Assembly: GCF_035285525.1 (NCBI RefSeq)
Contig: NZ_JAYKGW010000105.1
Coordinates: 1-20,743, forward strand
Length of the DNA stretch: 20,743 bases
Source: Okeania sp.
GTDB taxonomy: Bacteria > Cyanobacteriota > Cyanobacteriia > Cyanobacteriales > Microcoleaceae
Direction of reading: 5' to 3'
This document shows positions 1 through 8,044 of this stretch, piece after piece (position 1 is the stretch's first letter; every line of letters begins with the position of its first letter). A model generated the notes under the pieces. The model saw only the letters and a program-made list of their open reading frames with translations. It was not told where the DNA came from and did no database searches. The translations under genes were made by a program, and so were the position numbers.

Positions 1-280
1 TTTTAGTTGTAAGATTTTGGAGGTAGTTAGGAGTTATGAGTCATAATCTTAATGGTTTTATCTGAAAATAAACTATAGCAATCCTATTTGGTTCATGTCA
101 AAAATTTTGTTACTCTTAGGGAACAGAGAAAAGGTAGAAGTTTTAGTTGTAAGATTTTGGAGGTAGTTAGGAGTTATGAGTCATAATCTTAATGGTTTTA
201 TCTGAAAATAAACTATAGCAATCCTATTTGGTTCATGCCAAAAATTTTGTTACTCTTAGGGAACAGAGAAAAGGTAGAAG
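1..280. repeat. Tandem direct repeat, 2 x 140 bp
   Basis: Positions 1-140 and 141-280 align base for base with one difference (t98 vs c238). Copy 1 begins exactly at the window edge, so the array may continue to the left. Confidence 0.95.
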
Positions 281-460
281 TTGGGGAATTTATTTTTATT
301 TTTTTAATTGTTACAACCTATCTAGCATTGCTATAGCAGTCCTATTTTATTTGTGTATAAAAATCCTATTTCTTTTAGGTAAAAATGAACAGGTAAAAGT
401 TTCAGTTTTTTGATAGATTTTTTGATTTTTTACAACCTAGTTGATCATTGCTATATAAAT
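281..460 (+). repeat. Degenerate continuation of the array: AT-rich cassette with two promoter-like modules and a T-run
   Basis: The first module is TTGTTA (308-313), an 18-nt spacer ending in TGC, then TATAGC (332-337). Next comes tcctatttt...aacaggtaaaagtttcag followed by TTTTTT (406-411). A second module (TTTTTA 427-432, spacer ending TGC, TATATA 452-457) follows. The tatagca(a/g)tcctattt core also occurs in each 140-bp unit (74-90, 214-230). Confidence 0.5.
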
Positions 461-747
461 AAAAAATTTCGCAAAGAAATGATCATTTACCTAATAATAA
501 ATGTATAAATCCTATCCAGTCATAGATAAAAAAGAAAAAAATCTTTTAGACAATACTCTTTAAAAGAGGTAATTAATAATTATCAAAGGTTACTTTAATT
601 TCATTGAAAAATTTTTATAAATGAAGCTAGTAGACATCATCATATTGAGGCATTTTCTAATAACTGATTTGCCAAAATAAAGATGGTCTTTGCTGTTAAA
701 ATTTTTGCCAAATTAGGAAAATTTAGACTACAAAAAATTAAGATTAT

Positions 748-942
748 TTATATAGTAGGAACGAACTGAATTCGTCCGGCATCCATCTCCTCCATTAATA
801 ATTCTAATGCTTCGTAATCTACATCGGAAATATAGCCTAGTCTTGTCAACTCAGAGTTGATTTGATTTTCTATTTCAGGAGTTAATTGCCGAAAATAAAG
901 AGCTTTAGACACAAGTTTCCGAATCACACAGTTTCGTTCCAT
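748..942 (-). CDS. Small acidic hypothetical protein (64 aa)
   Basis: The ORF has an ATG start at 942 and a TAA stop at 748-750. Its composition is protein-like (MERNCVIRKLVSKALYFRQLTPEIENQINSELTRLGYISDVDYEALELLMEEMDAGRIQFVPTI) and less A+T-rich than the flanks. I recognise no family. Confidence 0.55.
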   Translation of the reverse strand: MERNCVIRKLVSKALYFRQLTPEIENQINSELTRLGYISDVDYEALELLMEEMDAGRIQFVPTI

Positions 943-1039
943 GGTTAATCTAAGTAAAAATTCTACATAGTTAAATTCTTTGCTAGATATTTACCCTGAT
1001 CAATGATCCAATACTATATACAAAAGTGATATTCGTCAT

Positions 1040-1310
1040 TTAGATGTATGAGATGTAGGTTGGGTTGAGGGACGAAACCCAACCAAAACCTTTCTCCTGT
1101 AAGGAGGTTCCATGGGGAAAAATGGGTTTCATGTTGCACAGCAAAGCGTCCCTACCCTACTCCCTAATCCACCATTCTAGGTGTGTCAGAGATGTAGGTC
1201 TGGTCGTAACGCACTATTCTTGGTGTACCAGTTCCAGTCCCCTACTTAACGGTGCGTTACGGCGCTGGCGCCTAACACACCTACTTCCTTCCCTACTTCC
1301 TAAACTTGAG
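1040..1310. repeat. Cluster of small dispersed repeats (SDR) with hairpins
   Basis: GGTTGGGTT (1058-1066) pairs with AACCCAACC (1076-1084) in a perfect 9-bp stem. CGTAACGCAC (1205-1214) pairs with GTGCGTTACG (1252-1261). There is a GGCGCTGGCGCC palindrome at 1261-1272. gatgtaggt occurs twice (1052, 1191). CT-rich tracts lie at 1150-1170 and 1283-1300. The sequence types are typical of Nostocales intergenic SDRs. Confidence 0.8.
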
Positions 1311-1365
1311 ATATATTATTTATTATATATCGAATATATAAACATAAAAAAGACTTTTAGTAATA

Positions 1366-4143
1366 GTGGCAGTAGCAGTAGAGAATTTAATTACCCCCGA
1401 TATTCACAAACCAGCTCGTTACCTTGGTAATGAGCTTGGTGCTTTTCATAAACCTTGGGACAGCTCTCAAGTACGCTGGGTATTGACCTATCCAGAAGTT
1501 TATGAGGTAGGAGCTTCTAATTTAGGACACATCATTCTTTACAATATTTTAAATTCTCAGCCACGGCAATTATGCGATCGCGCATATTTACCAGCTCCAG
1601 ATTTAGCCCAAAAATTAAGGGCCACAAATAGTCCTTTATTTGCTGTAGAGTCAAGGCGATCGCTCACTGATTTTGATATTCTTGGCTTTAGTCTGAGTTA
1701 TGAATTAGGTGCGACAAATATTCTAGAGATGCTAAGTTTGGCTGGTATTCCCTTGACTTGGCAAGAACGACTTAAAAGAAGTCAGAAGTGTTACTCCCCA
1801 TCCTCCTTGTCTTCCCCCACTCCCTCACTGCCCCTAATCTTCGCCGGAGGACAAACAGCAACTTCAAATCCTGAACCTTATGCAGACTTTTTTGATTTTA
1901 TTGCTCTAGGAGATGGAGAAGAGTTACTCCCAGAAATTGGCCTAATAGTTGAACAGGGAAAAGCTAATAACTTAACCAGAGAAGAATTACTGTTAGATTT
2001 AGCCCAAGTTCCTGGTGTCTATGTGCCACAATTTTATAGCATGGCTGAAGATGGCTCAGTTTCACCGATTCGTGACGATGTGCCAGAAAAAATATTGCGT
2101 CGAGTCGCAACTCCTATGCCAGCTTATTCTATAGGTTTAGTTCCTTATGTAGAAACAGTCCATGATAGATTAGTTCTGGAAGTTAGACGTGGTTGTACCA
2201 GAGGTTGTCGCTTTTGTCAACCAGGTATGTTAACCCGGCCAGCACGGGATGTGGAACCAGAACAAATAGTAGATACTATTGAAAAAGGTATAAGTGCAAC
2301 CGGACATAATGAGTTTTCTTTACTTTCCTTAAGTTGTTCTGATTATCTCGCCTTACCAGCGGTGGGAACTGAAATTAGAAACCGTTTTAAAGATGAAAAT
2401 ATTGCTCTATCTTTACCAAGTCAGCGAGTAGATAGATTTGATGAAAATATTGCTAATATTCTTGGTGGTAGTCGTCAAAGTAGCTTGACATTTGCGCCGG
2501 AAGCTGGTACGCAACGAATGCGGGATATTGTCAATAAGGGTTTGACAAATGAGGAACTTTTACGGGGGGTCAAAACTGCTTATGAACAAGGTTGGGATAA
2601 GGTTAAACTCTATTTTATGATTGGTTTGCCTGGAGAAACTGATGCTGATGTGTTGGGTATTGCCGAAACTGTTTATTGGTTACAGCAAGAATGTCGAGCC
2701 AAAGGCCGGAAAAAGTTACAGGTGACAATGACAATTTCTAATTTTACCCCTAAGCCTCATACTCCTTTTCAATGGCATTCCGTTTCTATGGCTGAATTTA
2801 AACGTAAGCAAGAATTACTAAAAGCAGAATTTCGGAAAATGAAAGGTGTTAAGGCAAATTATACAGATGTTCGTATCTCAGGAATGGAAGATTTTCTGGG
2901 TAGAGGCGATCGCCGTCTAGCATCTGTAATTCGCCGTGCTTGGGAAAAGGGTGCTGGAATGGACTCTTGGTGGGAAAGTTTGGACCGAGCTTTTGCTGCC
3001 TGGAGTGATGCTATTGCCGAATCAGATTTAAGCTGGAAATACCGTCAGGTAGAAAATGGTGAATGGAATGTATTTGAAAATACAGAAAATAATTCTGATG
3101 TATGCTCCAAGCAAATCAATTCCCTACTTGACCAACCTCTACCTTGGGATCATATAAATACTGGAATTGATAAAAATTGGCTAAAAGAAGATTTACAGAA
3201 AGCTTTGGCAGAAGCTACTGTTCCGGACTGCTCTTTTGCGACCTGTTCTCATTGTGGTGTTTGTGGTCCTGATTTAGGTCATAATATTGTAGTTCCACCT
3301 CCACCCATTCCTCAATTTGTGGGTCAATTTGTGCCTAATCAAAATCGGGTACAACGTTTGCGGGTTTGGTTTGGTAAACTGGGAGAGATGGCTTTGGTCA
3401 GTCATCTGGATTTAGCTAGGTTATTTGCTCGTGCCGTCCGTCGGGGTAATATACCTATTGCCTTTACTGGAGGATATCATCCAAGTCCACGAATTGTTCC
3501 AGCTAGTGCTTTATCTTTAGGTGTAACTAGCACTGGGGAAGTAGTGGATTTTGAGTTGACAGAAGTAATGGATGTGGTAACATTTCAGAATAAACTGGAG
3601 AGTCAATTGCCAATTGGTGTACCTATATATAAGGTAGAAGAAGTAGAGGTTAAAAATCCTTCTTTATCTCAGATATTAGAAAAAGCAGAGTACATTTTAA
3701 GGGTCAGAAAAACTAATGATTTTGCTTCATATTTGATACAAGACTGCCAGAATATAGGGGAAGTTGAGGGTAATAACTGTTCTACTGGGTTTGGAGACCA
3801 AACCCCTAGGGTTTGGGAAAGATGGGTAGAGGAAATTAAAAATAGGGAATCAATTCTTTGGGAACATCAAACCAAATCTGGTAAAATAAAGGTGGTTAAT
3901 TTACGCGATCGCTTGTTTGAGTTGGAGTTTTTAGAGTATCCAAAAGGTTTAAATTCTTCTTTATCAAGCTTTGATGATTCAGATTGGAATTATGAAACTG
4001 ATGGTATTATTCGTTATGTAGGAAGCTATCAGAATGATGGAACTTTATTAAGACCACAAAATATAATTTATATGTTGGAAGAAGTCAGCAAACAAGAATT
4101 AAAGTTGCGGCATATTCATCGACAAAAGTTATTTTTGGGGTAA
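1366..4143 (+). CDS. Radical SAM protein (B12-binding-domain-like family, TIGR03960-like) fused to a DUF2344/TIGR03936-like C-terminal domain
   Basis: The 925-aa ORF starts at GTG 1366. It has the CX3CX2C cluster motif (RRGCTRGCRFCQPG) and the N-terminal KPARYLGNELG typical of this family. The C-terminal block RVWFGKLGEMALVSHLDLARLFARAVRRGNIPIAFTGGYHPSPRI resembles the radical-SAM-linked DUF2344 domain. Family names come from memory of the sequence patterns, not from a search. Confidence 0.9.
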   Translation: MAVAVENLITPDIHKPARYLGNELGAFHKPWDSSQVRWVLTYPEVYEVGASNLGHIILYNILNSQPRQLCDRAYLPAPDLAQKLRATNSPLFAVESRRSLTDFDILGFSLSYELGATNILEMLSLAGIPLTWQERLKRSQKCYSPSSLSSPTPSLPLIFAGGQTATSNPEPYADFFDFIALGDGEELLPEIGLIVEQGKANNLTREELLLDLAQVPGVYVPQFYSMAEDGSVSPIRDDVPEKILRRVATPMPAYSIGLVPYVETVHDRLVLEVRRGCTRGCRFCQPGMLTRPARDVEPEQIVDTIEKGISATGHNEFSLLSLSCSDYLALPAVGTEIRNRFKDENIALSLPSQRVDRFDENIANILGGSRQSSLTFAPEAGTQRMRDIVNKGLTNEELLRGVKTAYEQGWDKVKLYFMIGLPGETDADVLGIAETVYWLQQECRAKGRKKLQVTMTISNFTPKPHTPFQWHSVSMAEFKRKQELLKAEFRKMKGVKANYTDVRISGMEDFLGRGDRRLASVIRRAWEKGAGMDSWWESLDRAFAAWSDAIAESDLSWKYRQVENGEWNVFENTENNSDVCSKQINSLLDQPLPWDHINTGIDKNWLKEDLQKALAEATVPDCSFATCSHCGVCGPDLGHNIVVPPPPIPQFVGQFVPNQNRVQRLRVWFGKLGEMALVSHLDLARLFARAVRRGNIPIAFTGGYHPSPRIVPASALSLGVTSTGEVVDFELTEVMDVVTFQNKLESQLPIGVPIYKVEEVEVKNPSLSQILEKAEYILRVRKTNDFASYLIQDCQNIGEVEGNNCSTGFGDQTPRVWERWVEEIKNRESILWEHQTKSGKIKVVNLRDRLFELEFLEYPKGLNSSLSSFDDSDWNYETDGIIRYVGSYQNDGTLLRPQNIIYMLEEVSKQELKLRHIHRQKLFLG

Positions 4144-4151
4144 TTTATAGT

Positions 4152-4186
4152 AATGGATAATGGATAATTGATAGTTGATAATTACC
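4152..4186. repeat. Heptanucleotide STRR-like array (5 units)
   Basis: The units are aatggat aatggat aattgat agttgat aattacc. The array starts 9 nt after the radical-SAM stop codon (4141-4143). Confidence 0.8.
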
Positions 4187-4503
4187 TCCTCTTTTTAGGG
4201 ATAGTATTAACTAAAAGGAAAAAAATTAGGTCTCTTGATCGATTAGATATGGGGAGGTTTATTGGCGATATCTTGATCGCTTCTTCTCCTTGAAAGGAGA
4301 TGTTTATAGACTTAATTATTAATTATTTTATGGGAGGGATTTTGTCTCTCAAGCCAAGTGCAAAGGGATTTGGAGACCTAGCCCCTACAGTTTTTTTTCT
4401 CACCAATCATTTCATATTGCTATACAAGAAAATCTGTTAAAAAGTTTCAGTTTTATCAGTCTGGAAATTGAAAAGATTATTTTAGTTGAAAAGGGTAGAA
4501 ACT

Positions 4504-4584
4504 GTAAGCATTCAGCATTTAGCTTTTCAACTTAATAACTTACTAAAGTTAGTTCATAGCCTTTTTTTTCTGCGGAATGCTTAC
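4504..4584. repeat. Inverted-repeat (MITE-like) element
   Basis: gtaagcattcagc (4504-4516) and gcggaatgcttac (4572-4584) are reverse complements at 12 of 13 positions. A related motif (aagcattcagc...gcggaatgctgac) recurs at 20193-20232. Confidence 0.5.
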
Positions 4585-5224
4585 CAGAAACTTACAATTA
4601 AGTAATTGAAATTGAGATAGTTTCAATAGCATAAATTTCCAGCCTTTGTAACACAACCCTCTAAGCTGTAATAGCTCTACTACAGACTTGATAAAATATT
4701 CTGTAAAATCAGAAACTAATCAATCATATAAGGCCAAACAAAATTAAATAGGATTATGTTCAGGGTAGCTAATGGGCTATTATGCCAGCTTAATTAAATG
4801 ATAATCTAGGACTTGAAACTTTGAGAAACTTGATTGAATACAGTGAGTCATTAATAAATTAACTACTCAATAAAAACTATGTATGGAAGTTGTATGTAAC
4901 TTACCTAAAATTAATCTTAAATTATGAAGTTTTCTAGCAGCAAAAAAGCTATGAAAATAATATATAATTAGATAGGAATTAAAACTTGCAATTAATTAAA
5001 TTAACAGCTTATGATCCTGGTAACAAATTGTATTAATTGTTCTAATTATAAAATTCTGAAAAAAGGTATTATTCTAATTAATGCTAGGTATCAAGGTTTG
5101 TCACAGAAATTGGATTATTCTTGTTGTTGATAACTATTAGAAAAAATGTGCTTAAAAGGAGAAACCAGTCTCTATTTCCTACATAAATAAGATATTTTTG
5201 AGATTGATTATATCGATCTCAAAA

Positions 5225-5499
5225 CATCAGGTTAGGCAAAAATTTGGACCTCGGTGGCTCCAGTTTGGCACAAAATGCGTAAAGTTGGCCTCGCCCAGTT
5301 ATTTTGGCTTTTTAAGTTCGAGACACTGGTTTTTCAAATCTCTTTACCTTTTTAATGCCGAACACATAGGGGTCGAAACTGTCCTCGCCCATACGACGTA
5401 TTGTTACCCAAATAACGTTTACTTATTGCTAAGTAGGCTGGACTAACCATTTAAGCGACTTGAGCGCTTTGATTAGATTTGTGGTTAGTCTACTTTTTT
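5225..5499 (+). ncRNA. Candidate structured ncRNA or leader element (unclassified)
   Basis: This is a visibly G+C-richer island inside a strongly A+T-rich 1.7-kb ORF-free gap. It holds two copies of the cctcgccca motif (about 5291-5299 and 5385-5393). It ends in a hairpin plus T-run on the + strand (5441-5499). The only ORF here (5198-5446) has implausible composition. The 5' boundary is a guess. Confidence 0.3.
5441..5499 (+). terminator. Putative intrinsic terminator or attenuator hairpin
   Basis: GACTAACCA (5441-5449) pairs perfectly with TGGTTAGTC (5482-5490). An inner 5-bp hairpin is formed by AAGCG (5453-5457) and CGCTT (5465-5469). TTTTTT follows at 5494-5499. There is no T-run on the opposite strand, so it is orientation-specific for +. 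Confidence 0.45.
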
Positions 5500-5573
5500 C
5501 TCAGTAACCAATCCATTATAATGTTGTTGATAGAAATATTCAACTTATATGCTAACTGAGACAAACTTGCAGG

Positions 5574-5590
5574 ACAGGTATCTTGCCTGT
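5574..5590. repeat. Palindromic 17-mer SDR (acaggtatcttgcctgt)
   Basis: It is a near reverse complement (one mismatch) of the copies at 5793-5809 and 5818-5832. Confidence 0.8.
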
Positions 5591-5792
5591 ATAGCGGTCG
5601 AAGCAAAGATTAGGACATTTACAAATGCTCAAACTCGGTCAGAGATAATCTCTGACTTCTGACTTGCGCGTAGCGCTATAGTAGCTATATCCCAGTGAGA
5701 AAAAATCAGCTATAACATTCAACACCACAGACAACCCAAAAACACCAAACAAAACTAATCAAACCTGCGACGCCACACTTCTACTAAATAAT

Positions 5793-5832
5793 ACAGGCAA
5801 GATGCCTGTGCTACTCAAGGCAAGATGCCTGT
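5793..5832. repeat. Two tandem copies of the ggcaagatgcctgt palindromic SDR in the rne 5' region
   Basis: ACAGGCA-aga-TGCCTGT (5793-5809) forms a perfect 7-bp stem. aggcaagatgcctgt (5818-5832) is the second copy. They lie 45-85 nt upstream of the rne ATG. Confidence 0.85.
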
Positions 5833-5876
5833 AATACAAAAAAACTAATAACCAAATCTCTACAGGAGAAAATTGA

Positions 5877-8027
5877 ATGCCGAAACAAATAATTATTACT
5901 GAGCAGCAAAGGATCGCTGCTGTATTTTCTGAAGACCAAATCCAAGAACTTGTGGTCGCCAAAGGTAGCCATCAAGTCAGCGATATTTATCTGGGAACTG
6001 TAGAAAATGTAATACCTGGAATAGATGCAGCCTTCGTCAATATCGGAGACCCCGAACGGAATGGATTTATTCACGTCAGCGATCTAGGTCCATTACGACT
6101 GAAGCGCTCCTCTAGTGCCATTACAGAACTACTGACACCCCAACAAAAAGTCCTTGTCCAAGTAATGAAAGAACCCACTGGGACAAAAGGACCACGTTTA
6201 ACAGGTAATATAACTTTACCAGGCCGTTATTTAGTCCTCATGCCTTATGGACGAGGTGTTAATTTATCCCGACGTATCCGTTCTGAAAATGAACGAAGTC
6301 GCCTCAGAGCTTTGGCAATTTTAATTAAACCAGCGGGTATGGGTCTATTAGTGCGTACTGAAGCAGAAGGAATGGAAGAAGATGCTATAATAGAGGATTT
6401 AGAAGTTTTGCAGCAACAGTGGGAAATTATCCAAGTCGAAGCAAATTCTCACAGAGCGCCAGCGTTGCTAAATCGTGATAATGATTTTATTCAACGGGTA
6501 CTACGAGATATCTATAGTACGGATGTAAATCGAATTGTGGTGGACTCTAGTGAGGGGGTGAAGCGGGTCAAGCAACATTTGCTGAACTGGAGTGGGGGCA
6601 AACCATTACAAGTTTTGATTGACCATCATATCGAACGGACTCCTATCCTAGAATATTTCCGAGTTAATGCAGCTATTCGAGAAGCTCTCAGACCAAGAGT
6701 AGACTTGCCTTCTGGTGGTTATATTATTATTCAGCCTACTGAAGCACTAACTGTGATAGATGTCAACTCCGGTTCTTTTACAAGGTCTGCCACAGCTAGG
6801 GAAACGGTACTTTGGACAAATTGTGAGGCAGCTACGGAAATAGCTCGTCAATTACGTCTCCGGAATATTGCCGGAGTAATTATTGTTGATTTTATTGATA
6901 TGGACTCACGGCGAGACCAATTACAGGTTCTAGAAAATTTTAATCAAGCTCTTAGAGCTGATAAAGCTAGACCTCAGATAGCTCAGTTGTCAGAGTTGGG
7001 TTTAGTTGAATTGACTCGTAAACGCCAAGGTCAGAATATATATGAATTGTTTGGTCGTACTTGTCCTAGTTGTAATGGATTAGGACATTTGGTTCATTTA
7101 CCTGGTGAGTCAGGAACTTCTATTGGGGAAGTTAATTTGCCTTTAGTTTCTAGGACTCCAGATGTGGAAGAATCAATAAGACCTATGAGTGTTGCTCCTC
7201 CAACTTTGGTTAGTACAGCTCAAAACTCATCTTGGGAGGGAATACACAGATATCAAGAAGTTGAATCTGGTAATAATAGCTCAGATTTAGAGTTATTGAA
7301 TCATCCTAGTTATCAGGAAACTCGTCGTCGTCGTCGCCGTCGAGTAGCGGTTGGTGAAACTATGCAGGATGAGTCTTTGGATTTACAAGAAAGAGAGTTA
7401 GGTTCGGGAATGGAGTATCCTATTCTTTCTGACGGATATTCAAATCGACGTTCGGGAAGGGAGATAATTAGACCTGTTACTGAACCTCCAGAAGTAGTAA
7501 CAGTAGAAATGACTTCTGATGAACAGGATGTTTACGCTTTGATGGGTATTTCTCCATTAACATTATTGGAGGAGGGAACAGTAAGAAATTCTAAGTCAGT
7601 AATTATTTCTATTAAAGAGCCAGGAGAAGGGAAAAGTAATCTGAGCGGAACTAGGGAAGAACAAGAGGATAAAGAGGTTGAAGAAGATAATTCCCCGAAA
7701 CCCCCCTTTGAAAGTGAGGCTTTAGATGAAAATTCTTCTTTTGAAAGTGAGGCTTTAGATAACGATGATCATCCCCCCAAACCCCCCTTTGAAAGTGAGG
7801 CTTTAGATAAGGATGATCATCCCCCCAAACCCCCCTTTGAAAGTGAGGCTTTAGATGATAGTTATGATATGGAGTTAAGTGATTCGGATGTTGACCTAAG
7901 TTTAGATAGTAATGAATCTGATGATTTAGATGTTGACCTAAGTTTAGATAGTAATGACTCTGATGATTCTGGACCAGTTCGTCGCCGTCGCCGTCGTTCT
8001 TCCGCAGTTACGGAAGAAAAGGAATAG
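5877..8027 (+). CDS. rne: Ribonuclease E
   Basis: The 716-aa ORF has AGGAG 8 nt upstream of ATG 5877. The N-terminus MPKQIIITEQQRIAAVFSEDQIQELVV and the S1-domain block DIYLGTVENVIPGIDAAFVNIG are present. It also has the DNase-I-like blocks VIDVNSG and IIVDFIDM and the zinc-link CPSCNGLG. The C-terminal non-catalytic tail is arginine-rich and ends in RRRRRRSSA. Confidence 0.97.
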   Translation: MPKQIIITEQQRIAAVFSEDQIQELVVAKGSHQVSDIYLGTVENVIPGIDAAFVNIGDPERNGFIHVSDLGPLRLKRSSSAITELLTPQQKVLVQVMKEPTGTKGPRLTGNITLPGRYLVLMPYGRGVNLSRRIRSENERSRLRALAILIKPAGMGLLVRTEAEGMEEDAIIEDLEVLQQQWEIIQVEANSHRAPALLNRDNDFIQRVLRDIYSTDVNRIVVDSSEGVKRVKQHLLNWSGGKPLQVLIDHHIERTPILEYFRVNAAIREALRPRVDLPSGGYIIIQPTEALTVIDVNSGSFTRSATARETVLWTNCEAATEIARQLRLRNIAGVIIVDFIDMDSRRDQLQVLENFNQALRADKARPQIAQLSELGLVELTRKRQGQNIYELFGRTCPSCNGLGHLVHLPGESGTSIGEVNLPLVSRTPDVEESIRPMSVAPPTLVSTAQNSSWEGIHRYQEVESGNNSSDLELLNHPSYQETRRRRRRRVAVGETMQDESLDLQERELGSGMEYPILSDGYSNRRSGREIIRPVTEPPEVVTVEMTSDEQDVYALMGISPLTLLEEGTVRNSKSVIISIKEPGEGKSNLSGTREEQEDKEVEEDNSPKPPFESEALDENSSFESEALDNDDHPPKPPFESEALDKDDHPPKPPFESEALDDSYDMELSDSDVDLSLDSNESDDLDVDLSLDSNDSDDSGPVRRRRRRSSAVTEEKE
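7690..7960 (+). repeat. In-frame tandem repeats inside the rne 3' region
   Basis: The 21-mer tttgaaagtgaggctttagat occurs 4 times (7707, 7740, 7788, 7836) and encodes FESEALD. The last two copies sit in a duplicated 48-nt unit (7764-7811 and 7812-7859) encoding DDHPPKPPFESEALD. A 42-nt unit gatgttgacctaagtttagatagtaatga... is duplicated at 7887 and 7929 and encodes DVDLSLDSN(E/D)SDD. Confidence 0.95.
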
Positions 8028-8044
8028 AGAATAGGAGGTGGGAA

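Noticed and set aside
36-65. 9-codon micro-ORF (MSHNLNGFI) present in each 140-bp unit (also at 176-205), with GGAGG and AGGAG upstream
   Set aside because: The AGGAG is only 2 nt from the ATG and the GGAGG is 12 nt away, so the spacing is poor. It is too short to support without translation data.
1-280. NsiR1-like heterocyst sRNA tandem array
   Set aside because: The concept fits, but the TCCGGA (DIF-type) -35 motif is absent from 1-750. The 140-bp units also lack a convincing terminator hairpin. I kept this only as an analogy in the findings.
228-413. 61-aa ORF on the + strand
   Set aside because: It lies entirely in the tandem repeat and cassette region. It is low-complexity and F/Y/I/L-rich, and it has no RBS. 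It is a by-product of A+T-rich repeat sequence.
1065-1430. 121-aa ORF on the + strand
   Set aside because: It is assembled from dispersed repeats (hairpin and CT-rich SDRs). It overlaps the true start of the radical-SAM gene in another frame.
5198-5446. 82-aa ORF on the + strand in the rne upstream gap
   Set aside because: Its TTG start lies inside a 9-bp hairpin (5197-5225). The composition is aromatic and basic with no protein-like pattern. I interpreted the region as RNA or structure instead.
5225-5499. Known riboswitch, RNase P RNA, tmRNA, SRP RNA or 6S RNA
   Set aside because: I could not find the conserved cores I remember for these families, such as GAGGAAAGTCC for RNase P, the TPP CUGAGA/ACCUGA pair, the B12 box, or the glutamine riboswitch core. 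6S RNA cannot be excluded by eye and needs a covariance-model search.
5759-6074. Two minus-strand ORFs (67 and 87 aa)
   Set aside because: They are antisense to the rne leader and the first codons of the well-supported rne CDS. They have no features of their own.
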